A DNA stretch of 63,237 nt, filler included, from Hausera hauseri (GCA_046269625.1; 13 parts of 13 records of this genome joined end to end with filler, not necessarily neighbours in it); one strand, 5' to 3'. Counted from the first letter of the whole stretch, positions 39,529 through 51,912 are shown. Numbers and translations: made by a program. The notes: generated by a model from the sequence alone, not told the origin.

Positions 39529-40095
39529 ACTATTTATATGTGTGGGTTTGTTTATAATTTTTATTTTCAAATTCAAAGTTCATGCTAGTGACGTCAATTT
39601 TAAATTCAAGGTTTATACTAATGACGTCAATTTTAAATTCGAAGTTCAATCTGTTGATTATTCATACGATTAAGTTCATGAAAAATCAAAATTCAATCTG
39701 TTGATTCTGAAAAACCAGTGATTCATACAATTAAGTTCATGGACTTTTCAAAATTAAAACCAGTGATTTATTGACGATTTGTGAAAAGTTGAAAACTGAT
39801 GACGATTTTAAAATTAAAATTAAAGATTAATTTAAATTCTATTCGACTAACTCGCAAAAAATGAGCAAAATAATTTGTATTTTTTCAAACTAATTTATAT
39901 TTTTGGTGGTTGCAATTGTAGAGCAAGGCTCACAAGTAACTTTACAGTTGACAGCATAATAAAAACGCCCATTATAGAGGCTCGACAACATATACACAAG
40001 AAAGGGGTCAATATCATCAATAATGTTAATCAATGGGTCAATATTGTCAATAATCAATCAATTCAGTATTGTCAATAATCAATGTCAATATGTCA
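39529..40095 (-). promoter_or_regulatory. Repeat-rich enhancer/promoter and candidate element terminus
   Basis: TATAAATA at about 39530-39538; two 33-bp repeats, each with TGACGTCA (39589, 39622); further AAGTTCA/CTGTTGATT repeats; ATTGA-rich array at 40008-40095. Confidence 0.55.
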
Positions 40096-40121
40096 CCTCG
40101 TGTCACACACATAAACACAAC

Positions 40122-40576
40122 CTGCATTCGGACACAGGCTCCGGCTCTGGCTCAGGCGGGGCCCACGGTGTCTCAACTGGACTGGGGCTGTCTGAATCAC
40201 TGATTATGTATGCGACATAGAAAAATCAATAACATTTTTCACAGAGCTGCAAAAGAGAAAGAACTGTCAGGGAACGTCGGCGTCCGCGCCCTCCTCACCT
40301 GTGAGGCATCATCTTTTCTGTCGTCAGCCCATCCGTCATGGTGACGCTCCGACGCTTGATGTACGCCCCCCTCTGGCTGGATGGCGAGTATGCGGAGCTG
40401 TGCTTGCTGTTGGACAGGGCAAAGGTCGCCTCCAGGTAGCGCAGAGGTAGAGTCCTGCTGACGGGACAGTAGATGTGGGCCCCGCTGGACTGGGAGACCA
40501 CTTTGCGTTGACCCACGTAGAAGCGGACGAGCTCCTGGACCGAGTCGAAGCTGTCTGACTCCAGAACGTACTGCAC
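40122..40576 (-). CDS. sh2d3c: Two exons (40576-40299 and 40199-40122) of a vertebrate, teleost-like SH2D3C/NSP-family adaptor
   Basis: VQYVLESDSFDSVQELVRFYVGQRKVVSQSSGAHIYCPVSRTLPLRYLEA..KRRSVTMTDGLT (SH2 C-end of the NSP family); GC-rich codons; canonical splice sites in phase. Confidence 0.85.
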
Positions 40577-40967
40577 CTGAAAAACCAGGATGGAGAGGAA
40601 ACGTAACTTTATTCACATATTTTAATTGTGTTTGCAACAAACCCAAACTTTGGTTTAGAGACTTTAGCTCAGATCTTAACACACCTGTTACACATGATGA
40701 TCAGATTGTAAATAAATAATATAGTTTTCTGCGAATTTTAGGTAAACTTCACTCAGAATTCCAAACTGAACTAAGGCATTAACGTTATTAGTTACACCCC
40801 GTACTTTTGGTAATGAGCAACTTAAAGCTAATTTATTTGAGCTTCTTACTGTGAAATCTGGATGGATNNNNNNNNNNNNNNNNNNNNNNNNNNNNNNNNN
40901 NNNNNNNNNNNTTAATTAATTAANNNNNNNNNNNNNNNNNNNNNNNNNNNNNNNNNNNNNNNNNNNN

Positions 40968-43545
40968 TAGTCACCGCATGGTCTAAAAGTACCGTCCTTT
41001 TTTGTACAACGTGTAACGGTGATGACCAAGGAGATTTGGAACGGAGTACTATGCCGAAACGTTCTAGTTTAAGAAATTCAGCTTCTACGGCCTGTCTACG
41101 ACGAGGTGACAGAGGTCGTACTTCTTGGCGTACTGGACGTTGGTGATGTGTGACTATGTGGTGTAAAGTGTTGTTTGCGGGAGTAAAAGTACGGTGTTTT
41201 TTCAGCACGCGTGGACATGATTTGTTGACGAATTGATGTAACGTTGTAGGTAGCTGTGAGAGATTCGGTGAAAGTGGTAAAACGGTTTGAATAGTAGCGG
41301 ATGCCCTTTGTGAGTTGTTTTGTGATGTGAAGTTAAGTGGTATTTGGTGTAAGATTGTCGAATTGAAAATTGTGTTGGATGAAGTATTTTTGTCGAATGA
41401 GCTAACGTTGGTGGCAGTGCCACAATTATCGACATCGAACCTCGATCGTATATCAGTATTGTTATATAAAAATTTTCAAATAGAATTATTGTTATAAAAA
41501 ATCGAATTATGCATTGACTTTTTAAGATTGACTTCCGCATTCCGGTTTACTTCGTGGTAGTCTAAATGCTATTTACATGTTCAGAAATGTCATCAGTGGT
41601 GCCGTTCCTCAAACATTGTTGGCTGCAGTCAACCAGTAAATTATAGTGTGAGAGAAAGAGGGATCCTAGAATTGCCGTCTGGACGTTAGCTATTGTGAAC
41701 GTCCAGTGGAAAGGTGTAGTAAAATTTGGTAAAGTGGAAGATAATTTAGCCATGCCAGAAATGTGTAGCGGTTGACATGAAGCTGTGTATAAAGGCTTAA
41801 GTTTGAGTGGAGAGTTTTGTACAGGAAAGGTTTGCGGTAATAAAGAAATCGCTGCACCTGTATCTATGATGAAGTCAACAGATTGCGCTGTAGGAGCAGT
41901 GATTGCAGCCTTTAGAGTAAAGACAGCAAAAGAGACGTGTCGGCGTTCAGAATGTGAAGTATTGCCATTGCCAGAGTTTTCCGTGACTTCGGGCGGCGAA
42001 TTTAGTTTTTTTTGGAAGAGTGAATTAGGACGACTATGAGAAGGAAAGGCAGTACGTCCGTCGTTCGTATTGGATTTGAAAGTACAGCCTGGAATACATT
42101 TACGAGCTTGATGTTTGAACCTTGCATGGTAAATGCAAATAACGGTGTCCGAAGAAAAATTCTTATCACAAAACTTGCACCCTAGGCAGCACTTCTGAGC
42201 ATTAGTGCTAAATCTGCTGTGGTAATAGCAGATCGACGAACGCACAGGCGATGGTGAGCGGTTTCTTGACGCAGAACGGGGTGCGGTCAGCAGCAAAACC
42301 TCCTCGGCGGGACAGAAACAATTTGTTTAAATTATTATTGATGTTGTTGATTGTTGCACATTGTGAAATGTTTTTGGCACGTAGCTGATTAAGTTTTTGT
42401 TTTATGTATGTATTATCATTAGTGGCAACTGCTGCTGAAACGACTGGCGGAGAATTTACGTGTAGGACATCATGTGTCCTATCGGCTAATTCGGCCAATT
42501 TCTCAAGCGGTGTGGAGTACCCCACCACGGTAAGTAGAGCCCGGCTTTGGATAGGTAGCGAATTAAGAAAATAGTGGCGCAGTAGTTCTGGGTTGTGCTC
42601 TTTAGTGATGCCGAGGGTATGGAGATGCGCTAAGGATGTACGTAAGAATTCGGATGCCCGTTGGGTACCTATAACGTTGTTGTGGAAGAAACGCTGGATG
42701 ATCGTAACCATGGAAGATTCTGTGATCTTAAGAACTGAGTTAGAAAGTTGGGAATATGGGTCTGGAAGTTGAAAGATTTCGATGATATTATGAATGCGGG
42801 CCTTGATGTTATTAGGCAGCCAAAGTTGGTGGAATTGCAACCAAGTTTTGCTAGAGCCTTGGTTGTCGATGAAAAACTTGGTGCAATTAAGGAAAGGAGC
42901 TGAAGAGGTAATAGGTGAGATGTTGCTAGCAGAGTTAGGAGTCGGCTTTTGGAGTAATATGAAAGGTATTGGTTTTTTCGGTGGTTTTATCCCTGTGTCA
43001 GTAGTTGGCGAAGAGTTCATGCCACCACGGATACAGAGATGTATGTGCAGGCAAGTGTGGCTTGAGGAAAATGGTAGGGTTCCGGTGAGAGGTATGATAG
43101 CGCCGTTATAGGTGAGATAAAAATTGGAAGAATTAAATAAGGAAGAAATGAAGGTCCGAAGGGTGGAATGTGTGGATTCATGTAGTGAGGGTATAAATGT
43201 GTTGTGGAGAAAAAAGAAAATAGAAGGGGAAGGAGTGGTACGCCTGGGGGCGTGATGTGGGACCGACACGAAAGGCGCCGTGCGACCGACCGGCGCAGGG
43301 TTGACGGTCGGGACCTCCGCCCCGGTGGGGCGGGCACCAAAGTGCAGGGTGGTTGAGTTTCCCCTCAAATCGCGCAATATCGGAATGTCATCTTCGTATT
43401 CCGTTTGTATTGATTTACTATGGCTTACATTCGGTAAATACGTCTGCTTGTTTAATTGGTGTTGCACGTTTTGTAGTGGTAATATTCGATTGTAAAACGA
43501 TTGAAATGAGCGCATAGGGGTCAATAGGTGTAATTTCAGATACAT
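40968..43545 (-). mobile_element. Ty3/Gypsy element A: Ubl-Gag (DUF7041-like), tandem CxxH..C..C fingers, aspartic protease, RT N-terminus
   Basis: Gag PDPYSQL..IGTQRASEFLR..FLNSLP..LEKLAELAD; ICYYHSRF..AQKC..C and a second copy; FIIDTGAAISLLP..ILGS; RT SKSPWSSPLHVVQK/DGTFRPCGD. Confidence 0.9.
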
Positions 43546-43719
43546 CGGAGACCCGAATCTTCCAACGATTGCCTATCTACATATATGCGAAGGAATTTCG
43601 GGAATTATTTAGACAAATAACTTATCATTTAAAATAAACTGAACTGAAATGATTTCATTGTTTATGAACAAATTACAAATATCGCTATGGATAGAAACGT
43701 TATTGATGATAATTTCATG

Positions 43720-44954
43720 TCCCGGTGCACCTAGAGCGATTTCAAACGGTTTGTTCTTGAAATTAATAACACGAAATCCGGTTAATTGTGCCTGAATTAC
43801 TATTTCACAGAATTTTAAGTGAAGATTTTTCGAGTGAAATCAAACGGCACGGACTTTAACATTCATAGAAATACAAGGCTGAATACGATTCAAGTAAAGT
43901 TTATATTCGTCCCCGTCAAGAGTAATTTCGTCGTCTATTACGGCAGAATAGAAAAACTTAAGCAGGCGTGGATCGGTGCCGATACAAGGGAAAAATGGAT
44001 AATCTGGAATGTCCAATTTCCATAAATTCTGGAAATTATTATTAACTTCTTTGTACAACTCGTGAGTCATGTTAATGCCAAACTTGATTGATTTCGCCGA
44101 TTCATAATAACTATCAACACTTTTCACCGCTGAATCATTATTAAAACTGAAGGATTTTAATTTTTCGTCAATTCTAGCCAATAGTGAGTGAGAAAAATAA
44201 CAATCCCATGATTTTCTTTTCGCTTGAACGTTTTCACCCAAAATATGAAATGCTGATTGACGCCATAAGGGGTTGCACATAAACGTATAAAATGCATTTA
44301 AACAGAGCCATATCCAAAGTAAAAACTGCCCACCAACATAATTTGCTAAACTAAAATCAACCGGCAATATTTGCAACGATTTCGAAGTTAAAATGCTTTG
44401 ATAATACGTAACTAAACCTTTAATTTCACGTGAAATCAGTGAAATTCGCATTAACGTACCTAACATTAAAAACGAATTGACAAGAAAAATTTGGAAATTG
44501 ATCCTTCTAAAGTAATTGGCATATACGTAAAAAGTAAAATTACCATTTGCAATATTGGATTATATGGCGTCTCAACAGTACTTTTAATGTGGTAATTTAA
44601 AACGTTTTGTAATATAACGCATAAAACGGCTACCATTGACAGTTTGACCTGGTGATTGTGATTTTCAAAGAACATAGTCAGCGTAAATAACAATAATAAA
44701 GTGAACAACGTAACCGACTGTCCTAAGGACGAGTAATAATTCTGAACGACAAACGTTGATAAAAAAACGATATCGAGAAAAACTAAAACAATAAGCAGTA
44801 TCAAACTTTTTCGTTGAAGAACTCCAAAATATGGTCGTGATAATTCCAAATAATATTCTTCAATTAATTTGGATGTAAAATAGCAATTTTTAAGAGCTGA
44901 AAAAAGATCTCTGATCCAATTCGACTTTTTAGATGCAGCAGTACTGTCCATCAT
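43720..44954 (-). pseudogene. Multi-pass membrane protein resembling the N-terminal TM half of a transmembrane adenylyl cyclase
   Basis: FTSKLIEEYY followed by about 6 TM helices, RQSAF after the last TM, and a weak C1a-like FHSKNL..VIQAQLTGF after an in-frame TGA; needs a 44-nt GA..AG intron. Confidence 0.45.
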
Positions 44955-45379
44955 TTTTTCGTGATAGTATTGTTATGGCTTAAATAACACTGGTAGTATT
45001 TCCTGATACCAATTTGTTATTAAATGATAAATATCTGCAACAAGAGAATAATCCAAACGATTGTAATCACCTAATTTATGAAGTGATCAAATAAATATCC
45101 GGTACGTGAAATGATTCGAAATTCAAAATAAAACAAACGTTAACTATGGCTAATTGAGAAATGAAATTCAAAATATCCAAAATGGCAAAAAATCAATTGC
45201 TTTATTTAAATTACATTACATCTNNNNNNNNNNNNNNNNNNNNNNNNNNNNNNNNNNNNNNNNNNNNTTAATTAATTAANNNNNNNNNNNNNNNNNNNNN
45301 NNNNNNNNNNNNNNNNNNNNNNNAGTTGCCCGTCAAATCATGATCTTTGAGCATTTATCTTGATAAAAGAATATAAACG

Positions 45380-45860
45380 TTCTTCGAATTATCAATTGAG
45401 AAGCTTTTTACGCGTTCACCGAACATTCTGTTGTCATCTCAATAAAACACTGGACTCTGGCGAAAGATTTCTTTTACTTGAATTTTCCGTATCAATCATC
45501 GTTTTGGACGGTGAAAGTAACCTTTGTTTTTTTATAATCTGGTGAATATTGTACCCGTGACAATGTACCGTATGCAGTATGGTGCGGCATCGAACCTCTC
45601 TGGTAGCGGTTATCTTTAGGCGACGTAATGGACGAGGTAGCTTCTTGAGTGTTATAACCCGATAACTATTTCTGTTCAGTTTTTGTAGAACTCTCATCAA
45701 CAAATGATGACTTTTCCTTTATATAAGCAAGCATCAGTCTACGTCTGCTAAGTGTTGCAATATTTATTGCACTTTGAACGACAGAAAGTCATCCATTGGC
45801 ACTTTGGATAGCAGCTTCGTGGGATTCATACAACCACAAAACAACAGTCCTGTAAATACA
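45380..45860 (-). mobile_element. Possible degraded LTR-retrotransposon integrase C-terminal remnant
   Basis: Weak motifs SMPHHT and KRNLSPESSVLLR in different frames. Confidence 0.25.
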
Positions 45861-48800
45861 CTCTAACGGCAAGATTCTGCGACAGAGGAAAATCGGACCC
45901 CATGCGTAGATTTTTCAAAAAAGATTTTACAATTGAGCAGACGAATTGTAGATTAACTTATATTTAAAATAGCAATACAAATCTTAACTAGAAATAAATC
46001 ATGTTTTTGGAACCTGTTTTCTTAAAATATTAAAATTCTTTAAAAAACTTTTCTAGTGAGAATACTGTATTTAGAGAAATGTCTTCAATAAAATTTATGA
46101 ACAAATATTTTTCCTATGATATATGTTACGTGATATTTTGTCCATGCACAAAGAGAGTTGCTTTTGTATTCATGAAGGAAATTATCAACTTAGGTTTTTT
46201 GTAAACATAAGAAACAAAAGTACATGATATCATACTGTTTAATATTATAAAACTATAATGGAAAGCAATTTACAAACGAAGCTGAAAGTATATTATGAGA
46301 TTTCAAATGCCAGAATGCACATTTATAAATTGAGATAATACACACTTGAGTGTTACAGAAGGTTTTCAGGGATTTTCCAATGAGAATAATTTTAAATTTG
46401 TATACAAATTGCAAAAATTTCATAATATTTTAATGACAGTTTTCTTACTGAGCAGTTGATTATTACAAAATTTGAATATAGTTTTCTTGAAACTTCATAA
46501 ATATACTTCTCGAATTTAGTGTCTCATTCTTCAAATTTTAAATTCATCATTTTCTAATCGTGAATGTAACATCCTGATAACATTACCTATGTACATGAAT
46601 ATTTCCACAGTTGGAAATTGGTCTGTACAATGATAGTTCCATTGAAAAGCAGTACTCTCATTCTTGTTTTACAGCCTCAACATAACCAGTATACTTCTAT
46701 ATCATTTTTCCTTTGATGTCAGCACATATATCTGATATTTAATAATAATCCATTAAAATAATCAGTAAATTTCTATATATTAATTATTAAGCATGTAGAG
46801 GAGATTATGTTGTAAGTGCCGATATGATATCAAATATTTTATTAAATCTATTTCCTAATTTGTTTAAATTATTAAAAATTCATTGTATTTAAGAATTTAA
46901 ACAGTACGAGGGTTTTTAGAAATGTAAGAGCTTCCATTTTCTATGCCTCATTGCAACGTTGTATTGAGGAATTTCGCAATGGATAAAATAAGGTTAATCA
47001 TAATCCTTCTGAATATCTTGTTGTTATTCAGAGTGGAAAGGGTTACTACATATTACTTATGATATAGTATTTTCCTACGTTAATGATGACGTATCTGTTG
47101 CCAATATACAATTGGGAATAAATAAAAACTGTAAACCTATGGCCGACTGATGACTGGAATTTGCTCGGTAAAAGCAAGAATGCTGAATTTTCTTACAATG
47201 GGTTTTTAATGGTGGACTAACAAATTTGTCTAATGGAAGTAATCATTTATCCATGTTAAATTGATTTCTTTAAATTTTTAAAATTAAAGTCTTTTCAAAA
47301 TAGTAAAATATGGAATAGTAAACTCCGAAATATGATAACGTTCTACCTCATTATTTGATATTTGTGAAGGTGACTATTTGAAATTTTAAGTCATTGAAAT
47401 ATACTGATTTCCGCAATATAAAATAAGTTATATATAGTTAATCCATGTGTTACGGTTTGTGATTATTAGTTTTAAAAATGTAGTGTATTTGGGTCTATTT
47501 TAGCAAAATTAAATGATTTGTTTTATCTTTAGATGAGTAGGTTGTATGTATGATTTTTAATATGATGAAATGATTATTTTTGTACTTAGTTGTTCAACTA
47601 GTATGAATGAAGAGGGGATTTAATTTGTTAACATTATAAGTGCATAGCTGAAGGACAGTCGGAAGAACTTGACTTCACCTTTAATGTCTTAATAATTATA
47701 AATATCTTAATAGTTACATTTTTTGTGAAATTACATAATGTCTTTCATTAACAAATTTTATTACTCAATATTTTGTCAGATGTAGGTTAAATAGTAAACT
47801 ATATATGACGTGTTACAATGTATTATACCCGATGAATTTTTTTCTTGGCAAATGACATCTCGTTATATGCATAGTCCATTGTAGTTCACAAAATAATCTT
47901 AACATTTCTAGATATTGCTGTATTTAATTAGGCCGTACAATATTGTAACAGATAAAAGTTTGTTAAGTATTATCATGTTTCAAACTATAATTTCACCATT
48001 ACCATACTGGCGTAATGTTTGAATTTCCATGCGGTCTTCTTTTCAAATATAAATTCTACATAATTTGGTTTATAAATATGGAATATCAGTTATCAGTATT
48101 CCTTTATCCTTTTCATTTCGTAATTACGGGAAATATCTTCCACTCGTTTGGTTGTTTGATCTTTGCTTATCGAAAATTTTTGCAAAATATTTTTGTATCT
48201 TCAATTTATTTCTGAATGAATACTACTTGTATCACAACAGGTAATAATCCTATTAACAACTGTTCCTTACCGATTGATTATCTTACATTTTTAAGAATAT
48301 AAGTCTGAAACTGTCTTTGTTTGAAATGGTATTGTCGCAATCTTAATGTTAAATTTCCCGGATTCGGTTGTTCGACTAAACCTTTAAATAGCACATTACT
48401 GAAATACAAAGTAATTGGAATCTGTAAAGAAATTATTTCTTAGTGAAATTTAAACTTTCAATGAACAAATTAATATTTAAACATATTGGGTGAGTGGATA
48501 ATTTGCTTTTTTATTTAAACTTGATTAAATAAAAATGGTGGATAATTATTAAAGTGGGTCGAAAGAAATTAAAAGTTAGAGTATCAAAATGGAATAGTGG
48601 GGAAAAGTCTCTCCTGGCCTAGGTAGTAAATGTGCAAAATATAATTGAAATTGATTGATATCTTTCGTCTCTACAAGGTTGCCTAAATTTTGAAAAAAAT
48701 CTAAATTTTTGGACAAAACTCAAGTTCAAAATAAGTTAAAACCCTTTTGAAAAGTTCTAAGGTAGTGCTTCTTTTCTCACAATACTTTATAAACAAAAAC

Positions 48801-49149
48801 AAACGAATTGAGCCTTATTTCATATTTAATGTGTTATTATAATATAAATTATTAATAACATATATTGAATCGATCTCTGCAATGGCAAAAGTTAGACATG
48901 TTACCATACTACTGTAGTCATTTTCTGTATATTTGTAGATTGTTTTGGGTAAAATATTCCATTTTATATCATCATTTAACTTAAAATAAATTCAAATCAG
49001 TATTTTATTAATATTCGGTACCTTCCGTAACAATGAAACTGAAAGTGACACTTTTCCCAAATCATCTCACATCATTAAAATAGGAAAAATAATACTAGAG
49101 TAATTTTTCATTACTAATACCAAACAAAACCTTAGTTAACATTACAAGA

Positions 49150-49353
49150 CAACATACTCCTTTGTGTACGAATCCTGTAAACCATAATTCGGCCATGGAT
49201 TACTCAGAATCTCCACTCGGATCACCAAATATCGAACAGGTCCATCGGCGGCCTTGTTCACGAATTCATCAAATTTGATATGATCCAAACAAGCAATCGG
49301 AGATTTAACAAAAGTAACGTGAATATAGATCAAAATGAACAAAACCGACAAGG
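49150..49353 (-). CDS. TMEM259: Membralin (TMEM259-like) exon
   Basis: LFILIYIHVTFVKSPIACLDHIK..VIRVEI matches membralin [28 protein letters not shown]. Confidence 0.75.
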
Positions 49354-51619
49354 NNNNNNNNNNNNNNNNNNNNNNNNNNNNNNNNNNNNNNNNNNNNTTA
49401 ATTAATTAANNNNNNNNNNNNNNNNNNNNNNNNNNNNNNNNNNNNNNNNNNNNTTTAAACAAAAGATTAAATCCACAGATCTTGATTGCTTTTATTTGTC
49501 GCAAGTGCTGGTTACTCCAGCACTTGTACTCCAGATTTTATTTTTCTTATGTGAGTTTTAATGAATCCGTGATTTTGCTTGTGTTTTTTAGATTTTTAAT
49601 TTTTTGCTTTATTTACCGATTTGATTTTTGGTTTTTGTTATTTAAATTTGCGATTTTAGGTGATTTATGATTTTCTGAATTTCATTAACGTGTCTGTCAA
49701 TTCCGACAATATTTTATTTAATTTTTCTTAGGAATTTATCTTATGATTTAATGTTCCTAAATAGTGTGTTGAATTCAAATATATTTTAATGTTTTTGCGA
49801 ATTTTAAATTTTGAGTTTCGTGATTTGCATTCAATATTTTTTTACTGATTAATTTAATTTTGTTGTAAGGTGGAACCTTACAAGGCTCCCCCGCCTGAAA
49901 AATAAAATTAAAATCAGGGATTTTAATTTTTTTTTTAATTTACGTAACCATATTTATATTTTAGTAAAATTAAATTATCCCCTAGGTGCAGGGTGATTTA
50001 AAACAGACAAAAATATTGAAACTAAACGGAATTGGAATTTATTAAGTTGTATTTATTTTTGAAAATATATTGTTAAGAATACGAAATTATCGTTAATTTT
50101 AACTTTTTAAAATAGAGCAAGCAGTTTAAAAATTTTCAAAACATCAATTAAGTTCTTTTCTTAAAATATCCGTAATTCTGATAGAAAACGAAGATTTCAC
50201 GGATTCATAGCCTAATTTAATTTTCAAAATTTAGTTCCAATTTCGATATTTTATTCTTCTCCATGTTTGTGAATTAAATTGGCTATAATTTATAAAACGC
50301 ATCGGCAGCCAAGTATTTCAATTCGTTGGAATTACAATTGCAAATATTTGTTTAAATATTACCTGTGTTTATTTATTTATTTTAAACTTATTTATTTTAA
50401 TTAATTTGCGATCTTTGACATTTTGTGTTCTAAAACAATTGGATGATTTGTTGTTTACCAGTTTTCAAACCTGTTCCGATGACAATATTTATTTAATGCA
50501 AAATTGTGTAAGTTGGATTTCTATCAATTTTATTTAGCATTGGAACAAATCCTTTGCAAATTTGGGATAAAAAGGTTTTTGATTTTTAACGAAAATTTAT
50601 CGAATTTCTTTCAAGGTTAGAAACGGTCACATTAAGCGTATCAATAACAATGATATTCAATCACTTGTGTTAGAATTATTGGGTACAAATATCAGGTATT
50701 TTCTAATAACTTTTTATTATTTATCATTTTAGTACAACGTTCATAACATGTCCATGTGATCCAAAAGTCACACTCGGGATGAAGCTGCCGTATTTAATAT
50801 TAATTATTAAGAATCTGAAGAAATATTTTTCCTTTGAAGTTCAAGTAAAAGTATTTTGTTCTACATTTCGCATTAGATGTTGATGTTCTTAGATGCTGGA
50901 TGATTAAAATGTCAGACGACGATTTCGAGCAAGTAATTATCAGAGTACGATTCACGTCAAACTGTTTATTTGTACGATGCCATTCTGAAAAGTCAAATCG
51001 GAATTTTTTAATCTGTAAGTCATTATTTACTCAATTTGTTAGTACGAAATTTATTAAACATTTTATCGGAAAATTAATGTCTATAATCTTTAAACTTTGA
51101 CTCGAAAATAGTTTTTTATTTCTTTAACAGTTTTTTATAAGTAGTTGTACATGAAATTTAATTTTACAAATTAAAATATTCAGATTTAAATGTTTATTTT
51201 TCTAAAACTGTGTAAATTTAGCAATTTTCAATAATTAGAATTTAAATTGCATAGGTCTGACAAATAACTAATTAAAAAGAATTATGTGCAGATTTCCCAT
51301 ATAATCCCACTCAGTCATCATCGGATGTTCGAAATTACTCCATAAAATTTGTAGAAAATTTGGAATAAATGACTACAGGGGATATTAATTATGTACCAAT
51401 CAAAATTTAATCTTTTTCGTTGAGTAATTATCAAATAATTTGTTTAAATATTAACAAGTTTTGCGCGAATTGGAGAATTAATTGTTTTATACGTCAGACG
51501 TGGTCTTTGTTCGATTTAAACTATTTAATGGAAATTTGTGTGTTAGTTCAGCAAATTTAAATGAATTAAGTGTATTTTTGACAGTTTTAGAACTAACATA
51601 ATTAACCACATTTAATCTA

Positions 51620-51912
51620 ATGGCTGAACCACCAGACTATGAATCAAAAGATCCCGATTGTAATGTCAGAGTTGAAGTTATTTGTTTGGGTGACAGTGCC
51701 GTTGGAAAATCCAAGTTTCATTGTTATTCATCATTTTTCCTTTATCCGTTTAATTTAGATTAGTTGAGCGGTTTCTAATGGATGGATAATAATATTGTTT
51801 TCATTTCAAAAAGACTATTTGAATTTTTTTAGTCAACCGCAACAATTATCAACGTTTGCTTTGACCCTGTTTAAGTATCAGACAAATTTGAATTGGAAAA
51901 AAGTTACAGTTG
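51620..51912 (+). pseudogene. RABL2: RABL2 small GTPase, first three exons (51620-51714, 51759-51788, 51833-51912); remainder not found
   Basis: VICLGDSAVGKSK|LVERFLMDGY|QPQQLSTFALTLFKY matches RABL2; both introns are 44 nt and the second begins AT; no FWDTAGQE exon seen downstream. Confidence 0.85.

Noticed and set aside
40012-40025. ATCATCAATAAT resembling the adenovirus ITR start
   Set aside because: Internal, in the wrong orientation relative to the putative end, and lacks the following ATACC core
40070-40088. 18-nt identity to the start of the CMV enhancer (TTGACATTGATTATTGAC) as vector contamination
   Set aside because: The match does not extend and lies within a low-complexity ATTGA array
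43540-43570. Primer-binding site/LTR for element A
   Set aside because: No convincing TGG-initiated tRNA complement or LTR pair visible within the contig
47140-47180. Hammerhead-like CTGATGA core (also near 53538)
   Set aside because: No GAAA after a credible stem II and no stems I/III
46000-49000. Coding-like patches in an AT-rich contig
   Set aside because: Could not assemble exons or recognise any family
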